From an uncultured Phycisphaerales bacterium (GTDB lineage: Bacteria; Planctomycetota; Phycisphaerae; Tepidisphaerales; Tepidisphaeraceae), in assembly GCA_963792535.1 (NCBI GenBank), contig CAWBWQ010000001.1, positions 416,001 through 480,000 of the forward strand: a stretch of DNA of 64,000 nt, in the 5' to 3' direction. How positions within the stretch are numbered: the stretch's first letter is position 1; the number at the start of each line of letters is the position of its first letter. The notes beneath the pieces are model-generated. The model did not search any database. It worked only from the letters and a program-made list of their open reading frames with translations, and had not been told where the DNA came from. Both the position numbers and the translations under genes were made by a program. This document shows, piece after piece, positions 9,048-18,792 of this stretch.

Positions 9048-9923
9048 TTATCCGCGCCAGTTCTTATATTCCCCTTTGATCGCCGCTTTAAAAAATGCCA
9101 GATCGGCTTCAGTGTTCACCTCCACTTTTGGAGGATGCACCAGCGGAAAATCCATGGGCTCGGTGGGCAGGTTCGCAAACGGATCTATCTTCCGCGTGTG
9201 GGTCGCATCAGGCCCAAATCCAATGTTAGAAATCAAATTCACCGAAGGAAGAACTGTCACCCCGCGGCGGCGCCAGGCGGCGTACATCCAGGCCAATCCC
9301 CAGGCGTTCAAGTTGCCCGTGTAAGTGTCGTCCATCATCCTGGTATAAAATCGCGCCGCATTGGCCGATGGCACAAAATCACCGGGAAATCCCGCTTCCA
9401 GATCAGCATGCCAGTGAGGCATGGCCGCATCATAATGCTGCCAGGCCCGCTGCCAAGTGGCCCATCCCCAGATATGGGTCATGACCGAAAAATAATAGCT
9501 GTCGGGGGTCCATCGCTGCTGAGGCAGCATCTGCGTGCCGCTGATCATCATGACGCGCTGGTCATCTTTATAATAATCCAGCAGGTTGCAGCAGTAGGGG
9601 AAAAAGGACGGATCGGGCAGGCAGTCATCCTCGAGTAAAATCGCCTGCTCAAACTGCGAAAAAACCCAGTCGATGCCGGTATACATCCGCCGGCGAACAC
9701 CCATGTTGGTCTCAGCGTAATTTCGCCGGACATCGCACGGCCAATCAATTTGAGAAACGATTGCCCGCGTTTCGTCGCACAGGCGCCGATCCGCGTCATG
9801 CCGGGGCCCATCGGCGGTAATCAGGAGAATGGCCGGCTTCAACCGGGCAATTTCGGCAAAGACGCGCGCCGTCGGCACCGGTCGATTAAAGATGAAAAAC
9901 GCGACGGGGATTTTTGGATTCAT
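9048..9923 (-). CDS. GT-A fold glycosyltransferase (HlpA-like)
   Basis: FNRP, ADGPR, ILLEDDCLP, IWGWATW, NLISNIGFG..ATHT. Confidence 0.85.
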   Translation of the reverse strand: MNPKIPVAFFIFNRPVPTARVFAEIARLKPAILLITADGPRHDADRRLCDETRAIVSQIDWPCDVRRNYAETNMGVRRRMYTGIDWVFSQFEQAILLEDDCLPDPSFFPYCCNLLDYYKDDQRVMMISGTQMLPQQRWTPDSYYFSVMTHIWGWATWQRAWQHYDAAMPHWHADLEAGFPGDFVPSANAARFYTRMMDDTYTGNLNAWGLAWMYAAWRRRGVTVLPSVNLISNIGFGPDATHTRKIDPFANLPTEPMDFPLVHPPKVEVNTEADLAFFKAAIKGEYKNWRG

Positions 9924-10032
9924 AATGGTTTTGTTTGCGCCATTATCGTCATTTACTCATGCGAACGATACTCATGGATAAATTGGCCCAAACACTGCCG
10001 CCGCCCCTTTTTTCATGATTTTGTATTTTTGC

Positions 10033-11463
10033 GGGTGTAACTTTTAAGTGTGGCGATTCAGGCGGCCATTTTTGAGTCCCAATAGGTATCCCATAGGCCG
10101 CTATACTGAATGCAGCGGATCGTGCCCATCCGTTCAGCACGGCGAATCCGCCAGCGGGCGCTGTTAATCTTCAAGCGTTTGCCCAGAATATTTTTCGCGC
10201 CGCCTTCGATCAGGCCGCTGCCGATGGGCAGGCCTTGTTTCAATCGATCGCCGTACCACAGGCTGTCGCGGTTTTCGCTCAGATAATGCAGCAGTTTGGT
10301 CCATGCGGCTGCGGTGGCGGGCTTTGGATCGGGAGGACCGATGCTTTGCAGATGCTCGATGAATTTCGGGCCGCCCATCTCGATCAGTTCCAGGATGCGC
10401 TGACCGACCCATTGCTCGGCACCTTTGGTACCCAACTCCGCGGCAGCGGCAAACAGGTAGAGCATCAGGTGATAGATGTCCACCACCCACTGAACCTCTT
10501 TGCCCGCAAAGCGTTTGGCCGCCTGGTCCCAGATCCACCGGGCGCCATCGGCCAGAATGCTCAGGTCCTGATCTTTGGGCAGCCCCAGTGTTTTGCAGAG
10601 CCGCTGCCAGCTCGCACCGATGATATTGCAGGGCGCGATCGCACAGATGCCCATTCTCACCGCAGGCCGATTCAGCACGCGATCGTTCCACTGCCGCGGT
10701 GTTGCCGAGGCGACCGGTTCCCGCTTGCTGATCACGCTCAGACGCATCTCCCGCCAGCCACCGACGGTGTTGATCTTCAAACCATCGGTGGAAAACTCCA
10801 CCTCCCCCCTGGCCGCGGCGAAGGCCATTTTGGGCTCGGGGCTGCTGTTGATCCACTCCTGCATCGCCGTCCCCTGTTCATCGCAGATCGCTCGAATCAC
10901 GTCGTTGCTGGTTTGAACGTGACACAGTTCCTTCAGATTCCTCTCCGCTTCATCAAACGAACGACCGCTGCCGGCCAGCACAATCATTCGCTGGGCATGA
11001 GGCGTCACCCGATGCTTTGCGTTGATACCCGCCCAGCCTTCCCACGGAATCTGCTTGGCCTTGCACTTTCGGCACGCGTAATACCGACGGTCGACGGCAA
11101 TGTGCCCGATGCTGCTGAGCACCTTCTTCACCTTGCGCCGCTTGAACGAGGCGTTTTTCCCGCAGGAACACGGCAAACTGCAGACCCCTTTTTTTGCGCC
11201 CCTTCGTGGGACGCCACCGCCGACTGCAGCATCATTCGAAGATGCTCAAACCCTTTATCGTGCAACGCCGTTTCCACGCAGAGCATCCCTTTGCCGTGCG
11301 GCGCGGTTTTGACAGCCTGAGTCAAGCTGCGCATCGTGAGCACCGCCGATTCGGCTGCCAGGAGTTCCTCGGGAGATAACGTGCTGAAATCCAAGCCCAT
11401 GCGACCATCCTTGGTTGGAGTTCATCGCATTATGCCAGAATCGCCACCCTGCGCGCTACACCC
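10033..11463 (-). mobile_element. ISKra4-family insertion sequence
   Basis: Imperfect IRs GGGTGTA..GTGGCGATTC at both ends; 8-bp TSD ATTTTTGC (10025-10032, 11464-11471). Confidence 0.85.
10058..11400 (-). CDS. ISKra4-family DDE transposase (two ORFs, frameshift at A7 run near 11190)
   Basis: CxC..RRYYACRKC, STDG, LADGARWIW, DIYH, PIGSGLIEG; ORFs 11128-11400 and 10058-11176. Confidence 0.85.
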
Positions 11464-11632
11464 ATTTTTGCGGGTTATGCATTGCGAGGCTTCCCAAAGG
11501 CGGGGGGCCTCGATACGATACGGGACTTTCGCAGGACAAACGCGTTCTGCGAGCTATCCGAAAATTGGTGTGCATTGTCGGTTGCATTCATGCGCCGCTG
11601 CCCCAAGCAGTTGAAACAAGATTGAGGTTGCC

Positions 11633-13057
11633 ATGGCCGAGAACGACGAGACCACCACCAGTGACGAGACGACCACCGCTTTAGCCACTCACTCCGAAGG
11701 AGGGGTTGCTGTCGCCGAAGGTGAAGACACATTTCAATACCCTGTCACCATTGAAGATGCGGGCCCGGCGACCAAAAAGGTTTCGATCGAGATCCCCGAG
11801 GATCGCATTAAGACCGAACTGACCAAGCAGCTCAAAGAACTCCGCCGCGAGGCAAATATCCCGGGGTTCCGCGTCGGGCATGCTCCGGCGAAGCTGATTG
11901 AAAAGCGTTTCGGCGGTGAGATCAAGGAACAGGTGCGTCGCACGCTCATCAGCGAGAGCTATCAGCAGGCCGTTGAGAAAAACAACCTGCAGGTGCTCGG
12001 CGACCCGCAATTTGATGTGTCGGCAAATATCGGTTTGCCCGAATCGGGCCCGCTCAGTTTCAATTTTGAAGTGGAAGTTCAGCCTGATATCACGCTTCCG
12101 AGCCTGATCGGCATTCCGGTGAAGAAGCCCAAAATTGAAATCAAGGAGGAGAACGTCGATCAAGCCATGAACAACCTGCGCGAGCAGCAGGGCGCGCTGG
12201 TTCCGGTCGAAGAGCGTGGCGTGGAATCCAAAGATTACATTACCGCTGACGTGCATCTTAAAGTGGACGGCAATATTGTCGCTCATCAACACGATGCCCA
12301 GCTCGTCGCCCGTGCGGCCCGAATCGGTGGGATCGATGTGCCCGATTTCGAGCAGCAGATTGCCGGGGCTAAGCCCGGCGAAACCCGCACCTTAAACGTG
12401 AAGGGGCCGGAAAATCACCCCAACGATGCGGTTAAAGGCAAAGACGTGGTAATGGAAATTGCCGTCAAAGACATCAAGCGTATGGAGTTGGCTGAGATTA
12501 CGCCTGAGTTCCTGGAAGACCTGGGATTTGTCAGCGAGCAGGAAATTCGCGATGCGCTGCGCGAGCAGATGGTCGAGCGCATCAGTTACGATATTGCCCA
12601 GGCTCAGCGCGAGCAGGTCAGCAAATATCTGCTGGATAACACTGCACTTGCGTTGCCCGCAAAATTGTCGATGAAGCAGGTGGATCGCGTCGTTCAGCGC
12701 AAGGCGATCGACCTGCTGATGCGCGGTATTCCTCAACCACAGGTCGAAGCACAGCTGGAACAGCTTCGCTACGGCGCTCAGGAAGAGGCAGCGAGTGAAT
12801 TGAAGCTTTTCTTCATCCTCCAGAAAATTGCCACCGATCAGGGAACCGATGTGGACGAAGCCGAACTGAATGGCCGCATCGCATTGCTCGCCGCCCAGCG
12901 CGGTGAACGGCCCGAGAAGGTCAAGCAGGAGATGGCCAAAGACGGCGGGCTTGCCAGTCTGTATATCCAGATGCGCGAACAAAAGGCTTTGGATCAGATT
13001 TTAGAGTCAGCCCAGGTTGAAGAGGTCGAAGTTCCGCAACCGGCAGCGTCCGCGTAA
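11633..13057 (+). CDS. tig: trigger factor
   Basis: IPGFRVGHAP ribosome-binding motif, FKBP-like middle domain, 474 aa. Confidence 0.95.
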   Translation: MAENDETTTSDETTTALATHSEGGVAVAEGEDTFQYPVTIEDAGPATKKVSIEIPEDRIKTELTKQLKELRREANIPGFRVGHAPAKLIEKRFGGEIKEQVRRTLISESYQQAVEKNNLQVLGDPQFDVSANIGLPESGPLSFNFEVEVQPDITLPSLIGIPVKKPKIEIKEENVDQAMNNLREQQGALVPVEERGVESKDYITADVHLKVDGNIVAHQHDAQLVARAARIGGIDVPDFEQQIAGAKPGETRTLNVKGPENHPNDAVKGKDVVMEIAVKDIKRMELAEITPEFLEDLGFVSEQEIRDALREQMVERISYDIAQAQREQVSKYLLDNTALALPAKLSMKQVDRVVQRKAIDLLMRGIPQPQVEAQLEQLRYGAQEEAASELKLFFILQKIATDQGTDVDEAELNGRIALLAAQRGERPEKVKQEMAKDGGLASLYIQMREQKALDQILESAQVEEVEVPQPAASA

Positions 13058-13078
13058 GAATCTTCGACTGATTTTGAT

Positions 13079-13184
13079 TGGGCAAACGTTCGACGTCCAG
13101 CGCTCAACATTCAACATTCAAATACGGAAGCTTTTCTTCCCTTGAAAGTTGAACGTTGAAAGTTGAGTGTTGAACGTTTGCCCA
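13079..13184. repeat. inverted array of heptamer repeats (TTCAACA/TTGAAAG-type)
   Basis: Arms TGGGCAAACGTTC..TCAACATTCAACATTCAA and TTGAAAGTTGAACGTTGAAAG..GAACGTTTGCCCA. Confidence 0.7.
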
Positions 13185-13205
13185 GATTTGTTTAGTGAGT
13201 TGTCC

Positions 13206-14474
13206 ATGTCCACTCCCAAGATCCAGGCCCCTAAGGGCACGCAGGATATTCTCCCCGCCAGCGCTTGGCAGTGGCAGGGGGTCGAGTCGATCGCCCGTGC
13301 CGTAGCGGGGCTTTACGGATTCAAAGAAATCCGCACCCCTATTTTTGAACACACCGAGTTATTTCACCGCGGCGTCGGTGAAACATCCGACATCGTCAGC
13401 AAAGAAACCTATACCTTCGACGACCGCGGCGGTCGCTCGCTGACCCTGCGGCCAGAAGGCACCGCCGGTGTGGTGCGGGCCATGATCGAGCACAGCGTGC
13501 TGGCCGATCAGGGAGCGCGGGCAAAGGTTTTTTATCTCGGTCCGAATTTTCGCTATGAACGTCCGCAGAAAGGGCGCTACACACAGCATCACCAGTTCGG
13601 GGCCGAGGCATTTGGTATTGCCCAGCCGGAGCAGGACGTGGAATGCATCCTGCTGCAGACTGATTTCTACCGTCGCTGCGGTGTGAAGGATCTGGAACTG
13701 AAAATTAACAGCCTCGGCGATCGTGAAAGCAAGCTGCGCTATCGCGATGCGCTGGCGGCCTTCCTTCGCCCGCGCGCCTCAGCGCTCAGCGAAGAATCGC
13801 AGCGCCGGCTGGAAACAAATCCGCTTCGGATTCTGGACAGCAAAGACCCGCGCGACCAGGAGGCCTGCAAAAGCGCTCCACCGGCGATTGAGGCGCTGTC
13901 GGAAAAAAGCCGTAAGCATTTCGATCGCGTTCGTGAGTTGCTGGCGTCTTCAACGATTGCATTCAGGGAAGATCCGACACTGGTGCGCGGTTTTGATTAC
14001 TACACTGAAACGCTGTGGGAAGTAACTGCCGGTGGACTCGGGTCGCAGAATGCCATCGGCGGCGGTGGGCGATATGATAATCTCGTTGAACACCTTGGCG
14101 GTCGCCCGACCCCCGGCGTGGGCTTTGGCAGCGGGTTGGAACGACTGCTGATTGCCCTCGAAGCGCAGGGCGTTCAACTTCCAGATCATCGCAAGCCGTT
14201 GGCGTGGATCGTGGCGCAGAATGAACCGGCAAAAGCCGTCGCATGGCGATTGCTTTCAGAACTGCGCAAGGCCAATATCTGCGCCGAGATGGACCTTGGC
14301 GATCGAAACATGAAAGGCCAGTTCAAACTGGCCGACCGTGAGGGGGCCAGGTGGTGCATCGTGCTGGGGGAAACCGAACTGGCAAATCAGACCGCCGCGC
14401 TGAAGGACATGAATAGCGGTGAGCAGGTGACACTGCCCTTGGCTGAATTAGCGGTTCGATTGGCATCCCACTAG
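13206..14474 (+). CDS. hisS: histidine--tRNA ligase
   Basis: APKGTQD, LRPEGTA, FRYERPQKGRY, LVRGFDYY, GGGRYD. Confidence 0.97.
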   Translation: MSTPKIQAPKGTQDILPASAWQWQGVESIARAVAGLYGFKEIRTPIFEHTELFHRGVGETSDIVSKETYTFDDRGGRSLTLRPEGTAGVVRAMIEHSVLADQGARAKVFYLGPNFRYERPQKGRYTQHHQFGAEAFGIAQPEQDVECILLQTDFYRRCGVKDLELKINSLGDRESKLRYRDALAAFLRPRASALSEESQRRLETNPLRILDSKDPRDQEACKSAPPAIEALSEKSRKHFDRVRELLASSTIAFREDPTLVRGFDYYTETLWEVTAGGLGSQNAIGGGGRYDNLVEHLGGRPTPGVGFGSGLERLLIALEAQGVQLPDHRKPLAWIVAQNEPAKAVAWRLLSELRKANICAEMDLGDRNMKGQFKLADREGARWCIVLGETELANQTAALKDMNSGEQVTLPLAELAVRLASH

Positions 14475-14641
14475 ATTGCGAATCGCATTCCGTCCGGTCG
14501 TTTTGCGAATGCACAGAAGCAGATTCGTAGATGCAAAACAGCTGATGCCTCCCCGATTTCTGCACCGCAGGACCCGCGCAGCCAATGCCGCCTGACATTG
14601 AATTTTTACCCGATTGACCATCGCGTGAAGGATCACGACCG

Positions 14642-15323
14642 ATGTCCACGCCGTCCCCACTGAACTACGCGCCTGCGCCCGCCGACGAACTACCGGCGTG
14701 TCGTCCGGCAGATCATGATGAACGTGTTCCTGCTGGCGTTTGTCAGTTTGTCAGTCTGGTGCGCACCGGCAGCGTGGAATCGAATACGAGTTCTCTACTG
14801 GCAGGGCAGATGCCTGACCTATTCTCCGCCGATTGGGCAGATTGCAATTCAGGCCGCGAACGCTTCGTCTCGTTCTCCATCTCCCATGGTTCATTTTCAT
14901 CCAGAACCATGGTTGAAATTTTATAACCTATATTCTCCGCCCGGCGCGGCGAGTGATGGCACGGTATTCCTGCACGAAATGCGGAAGCCCAACGGAGATA
15001 CACGCCTGGTCGCGGTTGATGTGCTGATCGGTAAAACTACGATCGACCCTTTGTGCGCCTCGTCAACCCGCGTATTCAAACCCGCCACGCTGTTCCATCC
15101 GCCAGAGGAGACAAACTCGCATTACAACGAGCAGACTTTTCAGTTCCCTCTGCGCGGGCATGGCAACTGTCAGGTTTATTTCGGTGCTGTCGATCCATCA
15201 GAACCCACTCACTTTACGATTCGCGCGATCGTGGACAACCAACCGGTTTTCTATGACGGTTGGCTACAGAACGACGAAAGCGTGATCTACTCCGAGAGAA
15301 AATCCCGGGCTGACGAAAAATAG
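14642..15323 (+). CDS. hypothetical membrane-anchored protein (indel near 14690)
   Basis: N-terminal PLNYAP motif then a hydrophobic helix in the second frame. Confidence 0.55.
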
Positions 15324-15360
15324 TCGCGGGCTGACCTCCGCCGTCCGTGCGCCACGGGGC

Positions 15361-17271
15361 TTAATCGCGCACAGCATCGAGCAGTGCCTGGCCGTATGCC
15401 TGCACTTTATACGCGCCCATCCCCTTGATTCGCTGCAGCGATTCCATATCAGACGGCGGGGTCATGGCAATCTGCTTCAGCACACTGTCGTGGCAGATCA
15501 CATAAGGGGGAAGACCTTTTTGCCGCGCCAGGTTCAAGCGAACAGAGCGCAGCTTCGCGAACCGCTCCGAGGCCTCGGGGTCGGCCTGGAAATCATCATC
15601 GCCACCGGAAGACTGCCGACGCGAATCGCGACGGTCAGGGCTCAAAGTTTCGCGGGTACGTCGCGTCGGTGTGATGTCGAACAGGCTCGCAGGCGGGGGG
15701 ACTTCCCCTTTCATGACCGATACACCCGCGGCGGTGAGTTCCATCACAGGACGGAATTTAACGCCTTCAGGATCGCGCTGCCGGGCGAGCCCGGATTCCA
15801 TGAGTCGATGCAGCATCGCGATGATTCTCTTGCTGCCGAACGATTTCAGGATGCCAAAAACGCTCAGCGATGCGAAACGCTGGGTGCGCTCGGTTTCAGC
15901 CCCGGCTAACACATCGGCGACAACGCCGACGCCGAATTTACGGTTCAAACGCGCGATGGCAGAGAGCAATTGGCGGACGACGGTGGTTGTTTCGTCGCTG
16001 ACGATCGGCCCCGTGGTCTTGACCATTTCACCGCCGTGGGCGCGGCGGCATATGTCGCAGTTGCAGCCGTCGACCTCGGCGTCGTCGCCGAAGTAATCCA
16101 GGATCATCCGCCGACGGCAATTGTGCGTCGAGGCGTAGCGGATGATTCTTTCCAGCTTTTCGCGAGCGTGGGATTTCAATTTTTCGATGGCGGTGAAATC
16201 CGCGTCGGGGTGATCCCTGCCTATGCGGTCGATGAAGAATTCCTGGGTAAATCGGTCCTGGTAGCTGAAGAGCATGACGCACCGGGCAGGGAGTCCGTCG
16301 CGACCGGCGCGGCCGGCTTCCTGGTAATAGGCTTCGAGGGTGCCGGGCACGTTATTGTGAATCACCAGGCGAATATCGGGTTTGTTTATTCCCATACCAA
16401 ATGCATTGGTCGCGACCGCGATCGCTCCGGCGGTCTCCATGAACTTCTCCTGATTTTCTGTTCGCGCCGCGGCGTCCATGCCGGCGTGATATGAGAAAAC
16501 AGGCCTCCCTTTGAGGCGCTCGGAGAGCAGGGCGGCGACCTCGTCCACCGACTTGCGGGTGGCGCAGTAAACAATCCCGCTGCCGGTTTCATTGCTCCAG
16601 AGGGAAATAAGCTCGGCGGATTTCTCGGCGACCTTTGCGACGCGCCGCGATTCATAGGCGAGGTTCGGTCGATCGAATCCCGTGATAACGATCGAAGGAT
16701 CGATCAATCCCATTCGCTGCACGATGTCTTCGCGCACATCGTGGGTGGCGGTGGCGGTGAGGGTGATCGTCGGTGGTTCCCCAAGCAGGCGGCGAACCTC
16801 GCCCAGGCGCGCGTATTCAGGCCGGAAATCGTGTCCCCATTGGCTGATGCAGTGCGCTTCGTCGATCGCGAGCAGCCGCGGACGAAGCTGATCCAGCGTG
16901 GACCTGAAATTTGGCGCAAAGCATCGCTCGGGAGCGAGGTAGAGCAGGCCATTAAAGCCCTGGTTGAGCTGTGCGAGAACGCCGCGTTGCTGGGCTGCAT
17001 TCAGCGAGCTGTTGAGCAGCAGGGCGGGGATGCCCGACTCGGTCAGCTGCTGCACCTGGTCTTCCATCAGCGATATCAGCGGTGAGACCACGACGGTTAA
17101 ACCGTCGAGCATGGCGGCGGGGAGTTGATAGCAGAGGCTTTTTCCCGCGCCGGTTGGCATCACGCACATGACATCGCGACCGCGCAGAACATCTTCTATT
17201 ACTTCACGCTGGCGGGGGCGGAACTCGTCGAGCCCGAAGATGTTTTGCAGCTGCTCCCGCAGGTCCGGCAT
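15361..17271 (-). CDS. recQ: RecQ family ATP-dependent DNA helicase
   Basis: MPTGAGKSLCYQLP, DEAHCISQWGHDFRP, QEAGRAGRDG, Zn/RQC region and C-terminal HRDC. Confidence 0.95.
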   Translation of the reverse strand: MPDLREQLQNIFGLDEFRPRQREVIEDVLRGRDVMCVMPTGAGKSLCYQLPAAMLDGLTVVVSPLISLMEDQVQQLTESGIPALLLNSSLNAAQQRGVLAQLNQGFNGLLYLAPERCFAPNFRSTLDQLRPRLLAIDEAHCISQWGHDFRPEYARLGEVRRLLGEPPTITLTATATHDVREDIVQRMGLIDPSIVITGFDRPNLAYESRRVAKVAEKSAELISLWSNETGSGIVYCATRKSVDEVAALLSERLKGRPVFSYHAGMDAAARTENQEKFMETAGAIAVATNAFGMGINKPDIRLVIHNNVPGTLEAYYQEAGRAGRDGLPARCVMLFSYQDRFTQEFFIDRIGRDHPDADFTAIEKLKSHAREKLERIIRYASTHNCRRRMILDYFGDDAEVDGCNCDICRRAHGGEMVKTTGPIVSDETTTVVRQLLSAIARLNRKFGVGVVADVLAGAETERTQRFASLSVFGILKSFGSKRIIAMLHRLMESGLARQRDPEGVKFRPVMELTAAGVSVMKGEVPPPASLFDITPTRRTRETLSPDRRDSRRQSSGGDDDFQADPEASERFAKLRSVRLNLARQKGLPPYVICHDSVLKQIAMTPPSDMESLQRIKGMGAYKVQAYGQALLDAVRD

Positions 17272-17338
17272 GATGAGACAATTGTAGCGTCGCCGGGGGA
17301 ATTAGACATCGACGCGGCGCTCAAAGTCTCGCGCGGCA

Positions 17339-17635
17339 TCAGCCTCCGGCGATAGCGCCGACGATATAAAGAGGCTCTTTTCCTGCAGCAACTGCTAACG
17401 GCAACGCGTGGTCCAGAGGGTCATTGGAAATATCTTCGGAGCAGGTGAAAAACCGCACCAGGGGTCGACGCCGGCCGGTGGTGTAATCGCGCAGCGTGCC
17501 TCTGAGAGCAGGATGTTGCGACTCGAGCGCGTCCAGAATGGATGCGACCGTGATGGGCGCATGCACTTCCAACTGCAACTCGCGCGGAACGCCGGCCAGC
17601 ACCTGCAGATGTTGGGGAAGAATGACGCGGATCAT
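17339..17635 (-). CDS. MoaD/ThiS family ubiquitin-like protein
   Basis: 98 aa ending AIAGG; ATGA overlap with the upstream gene. Confidence 0.85.
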   Translation of the reverse strand: MIRVILPQHLQVLAGVPRELQLEVHAPITVASILDALESQHPALRGTLRDYTTGRRRPLVRFFTCSEDISNDPLDHALPLAVAAGKEPLYIVGAIAGG

Positions 17636-18747
17636 TTCAGTGTCTGCACTTCCACTGAAACAACAGCCGGAAGATCGCGCACGATGGCGTTCCAGTTGTC
17701 GCCGGCATCGGACGAGCAATAGACCTGCCCGCCTGTGGTGCCGAAATAAACACCGCAGGAATCGAGAGAATCAACCGCCATCGCGTCACGCAGCACATTC
17801 ACATAGCAGTCGCTTTGCGGCAACCCTTTTGTGAGGGCCTCCCACTCATTACCGCCGCAGCGGCTGCGGTATACGCGCAACTTTCCCTCCGGGGGGTAAT
17901 GCTCGGAGTCGCTTTTGATGGGAACGACAAAAACGGTTTCCGGCTCGTTGGTGTGAACATCGACGACGAACCCGAAATCGCTGGGCAGATTGCCGCTGAT
18001 TTCATGCCAGTTGTCACCGGCGTCGTCGCTGCGCATCACATCCCAATGCTTCTGCATAAAAAGCACGTCGGGTCGCGATGCGTGTTGTGCCAGACGATGC
18101 ACACAATGGCCTACTTCGGCATTCTCCTCAGGAATATATTGCGAACGAAGACCGCGATTGATCGGCTTCCAGGTAGCGCCGGCGTCATCGGTCCGGAACG
18201 CGCCGGCGGCGGATATCGCAATGAAGATACGCTGCGGGTTCAGCGGATCCAGCAGAATCGTGTGCAGGCACATTCCCCCTGCGCCGGGCTGCCATTTGGG
18301 CCCGGTGCCGTGCCCGCGGAGCCCGGCGAGTTCCTGCCAGGTGTTGCCCGCGTCTATGGATTTGAACAACGCAGCGTCCTCTGCGCCGGCGTAAACGATA
18401 TCGGGATCCGTCAGTGAAGGTTCAAAATGCCAGATGCGTTTAAATTCCCAGGGATGTGCCGTGCCGTCGTACCACATATGTGTGCCGGGCGCACCTTCAT
18501 AGAGAAATTTATTGCCGACCGGCGACCAGGTTTTTCCACCATCGTTGGATCGCTGCACCTGCTGCCCGAACCAGCCGCTGGATTGCGAAGCATAGATGCG
18601 GTTTGGATCGACGGGTGAGCCTTTGAGATGATAGATTTCCCAGCCACCAAAATGCGGACCGGCGACGGCCCATTTCTCACGTTTGGCGTCGGATGTAAGT
18701 ATAAACGCGCCCTTGCGTGTCCCGACCAGAACTCGAACCTGACTCAT
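17632..18747 (-). CDS. BNR/Asp-box beta-propeller protein (sialidase-like)
   Basis: VGTRKG start; repeated S.D.G.TW Asp-boxes. Confidence 0.85.
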   Translation of the reverse strand: MSQVRVLVGTRKGAFILTSDAKREKWAVAGPHFGGWEIYHLKGSPVDPNRIYASQSSGWFGQQVQRSNDGGKTWSPVGNKFLYEGAPGTHMWYDGTAHPWEFKRIWHFEPSLTDPDIVYAGAEDAALFKSIDAGNTWQELAGLRGHGTGPKWQPGAGGMCLHTILLDPLNPQRIFIAISAAGAFRTDDAGATWKPINRGLRSQYIPEENAEVGHCVHRLAQHASRPDVLFMQKHWDVMRSDDAGDNWHEISGNLPSDFGFVVDVHTNEPETVFVVPIKSDSEHYPPEGKLRVYRSRCGGNEWEALTKGLPQSDCYVNVLRDAMAVDSLDSCGVYFGTTGGQVYCSSDAGDNWNAIVRDLPAVVSVEVQTLK

Positions 18748-18792
18748 GAATCACTCCCTTTTAAGATCTCACACGATGTGGCCAACGAACAT

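Noticed and set aside
10164..11320. Long antisense or alternative-frame ORFs (e.g. 10235-11320, 46461-47348, 58766-59878)
   Set aside because: Shadows of real genes in GC-rich DNA with no motifs of their own.
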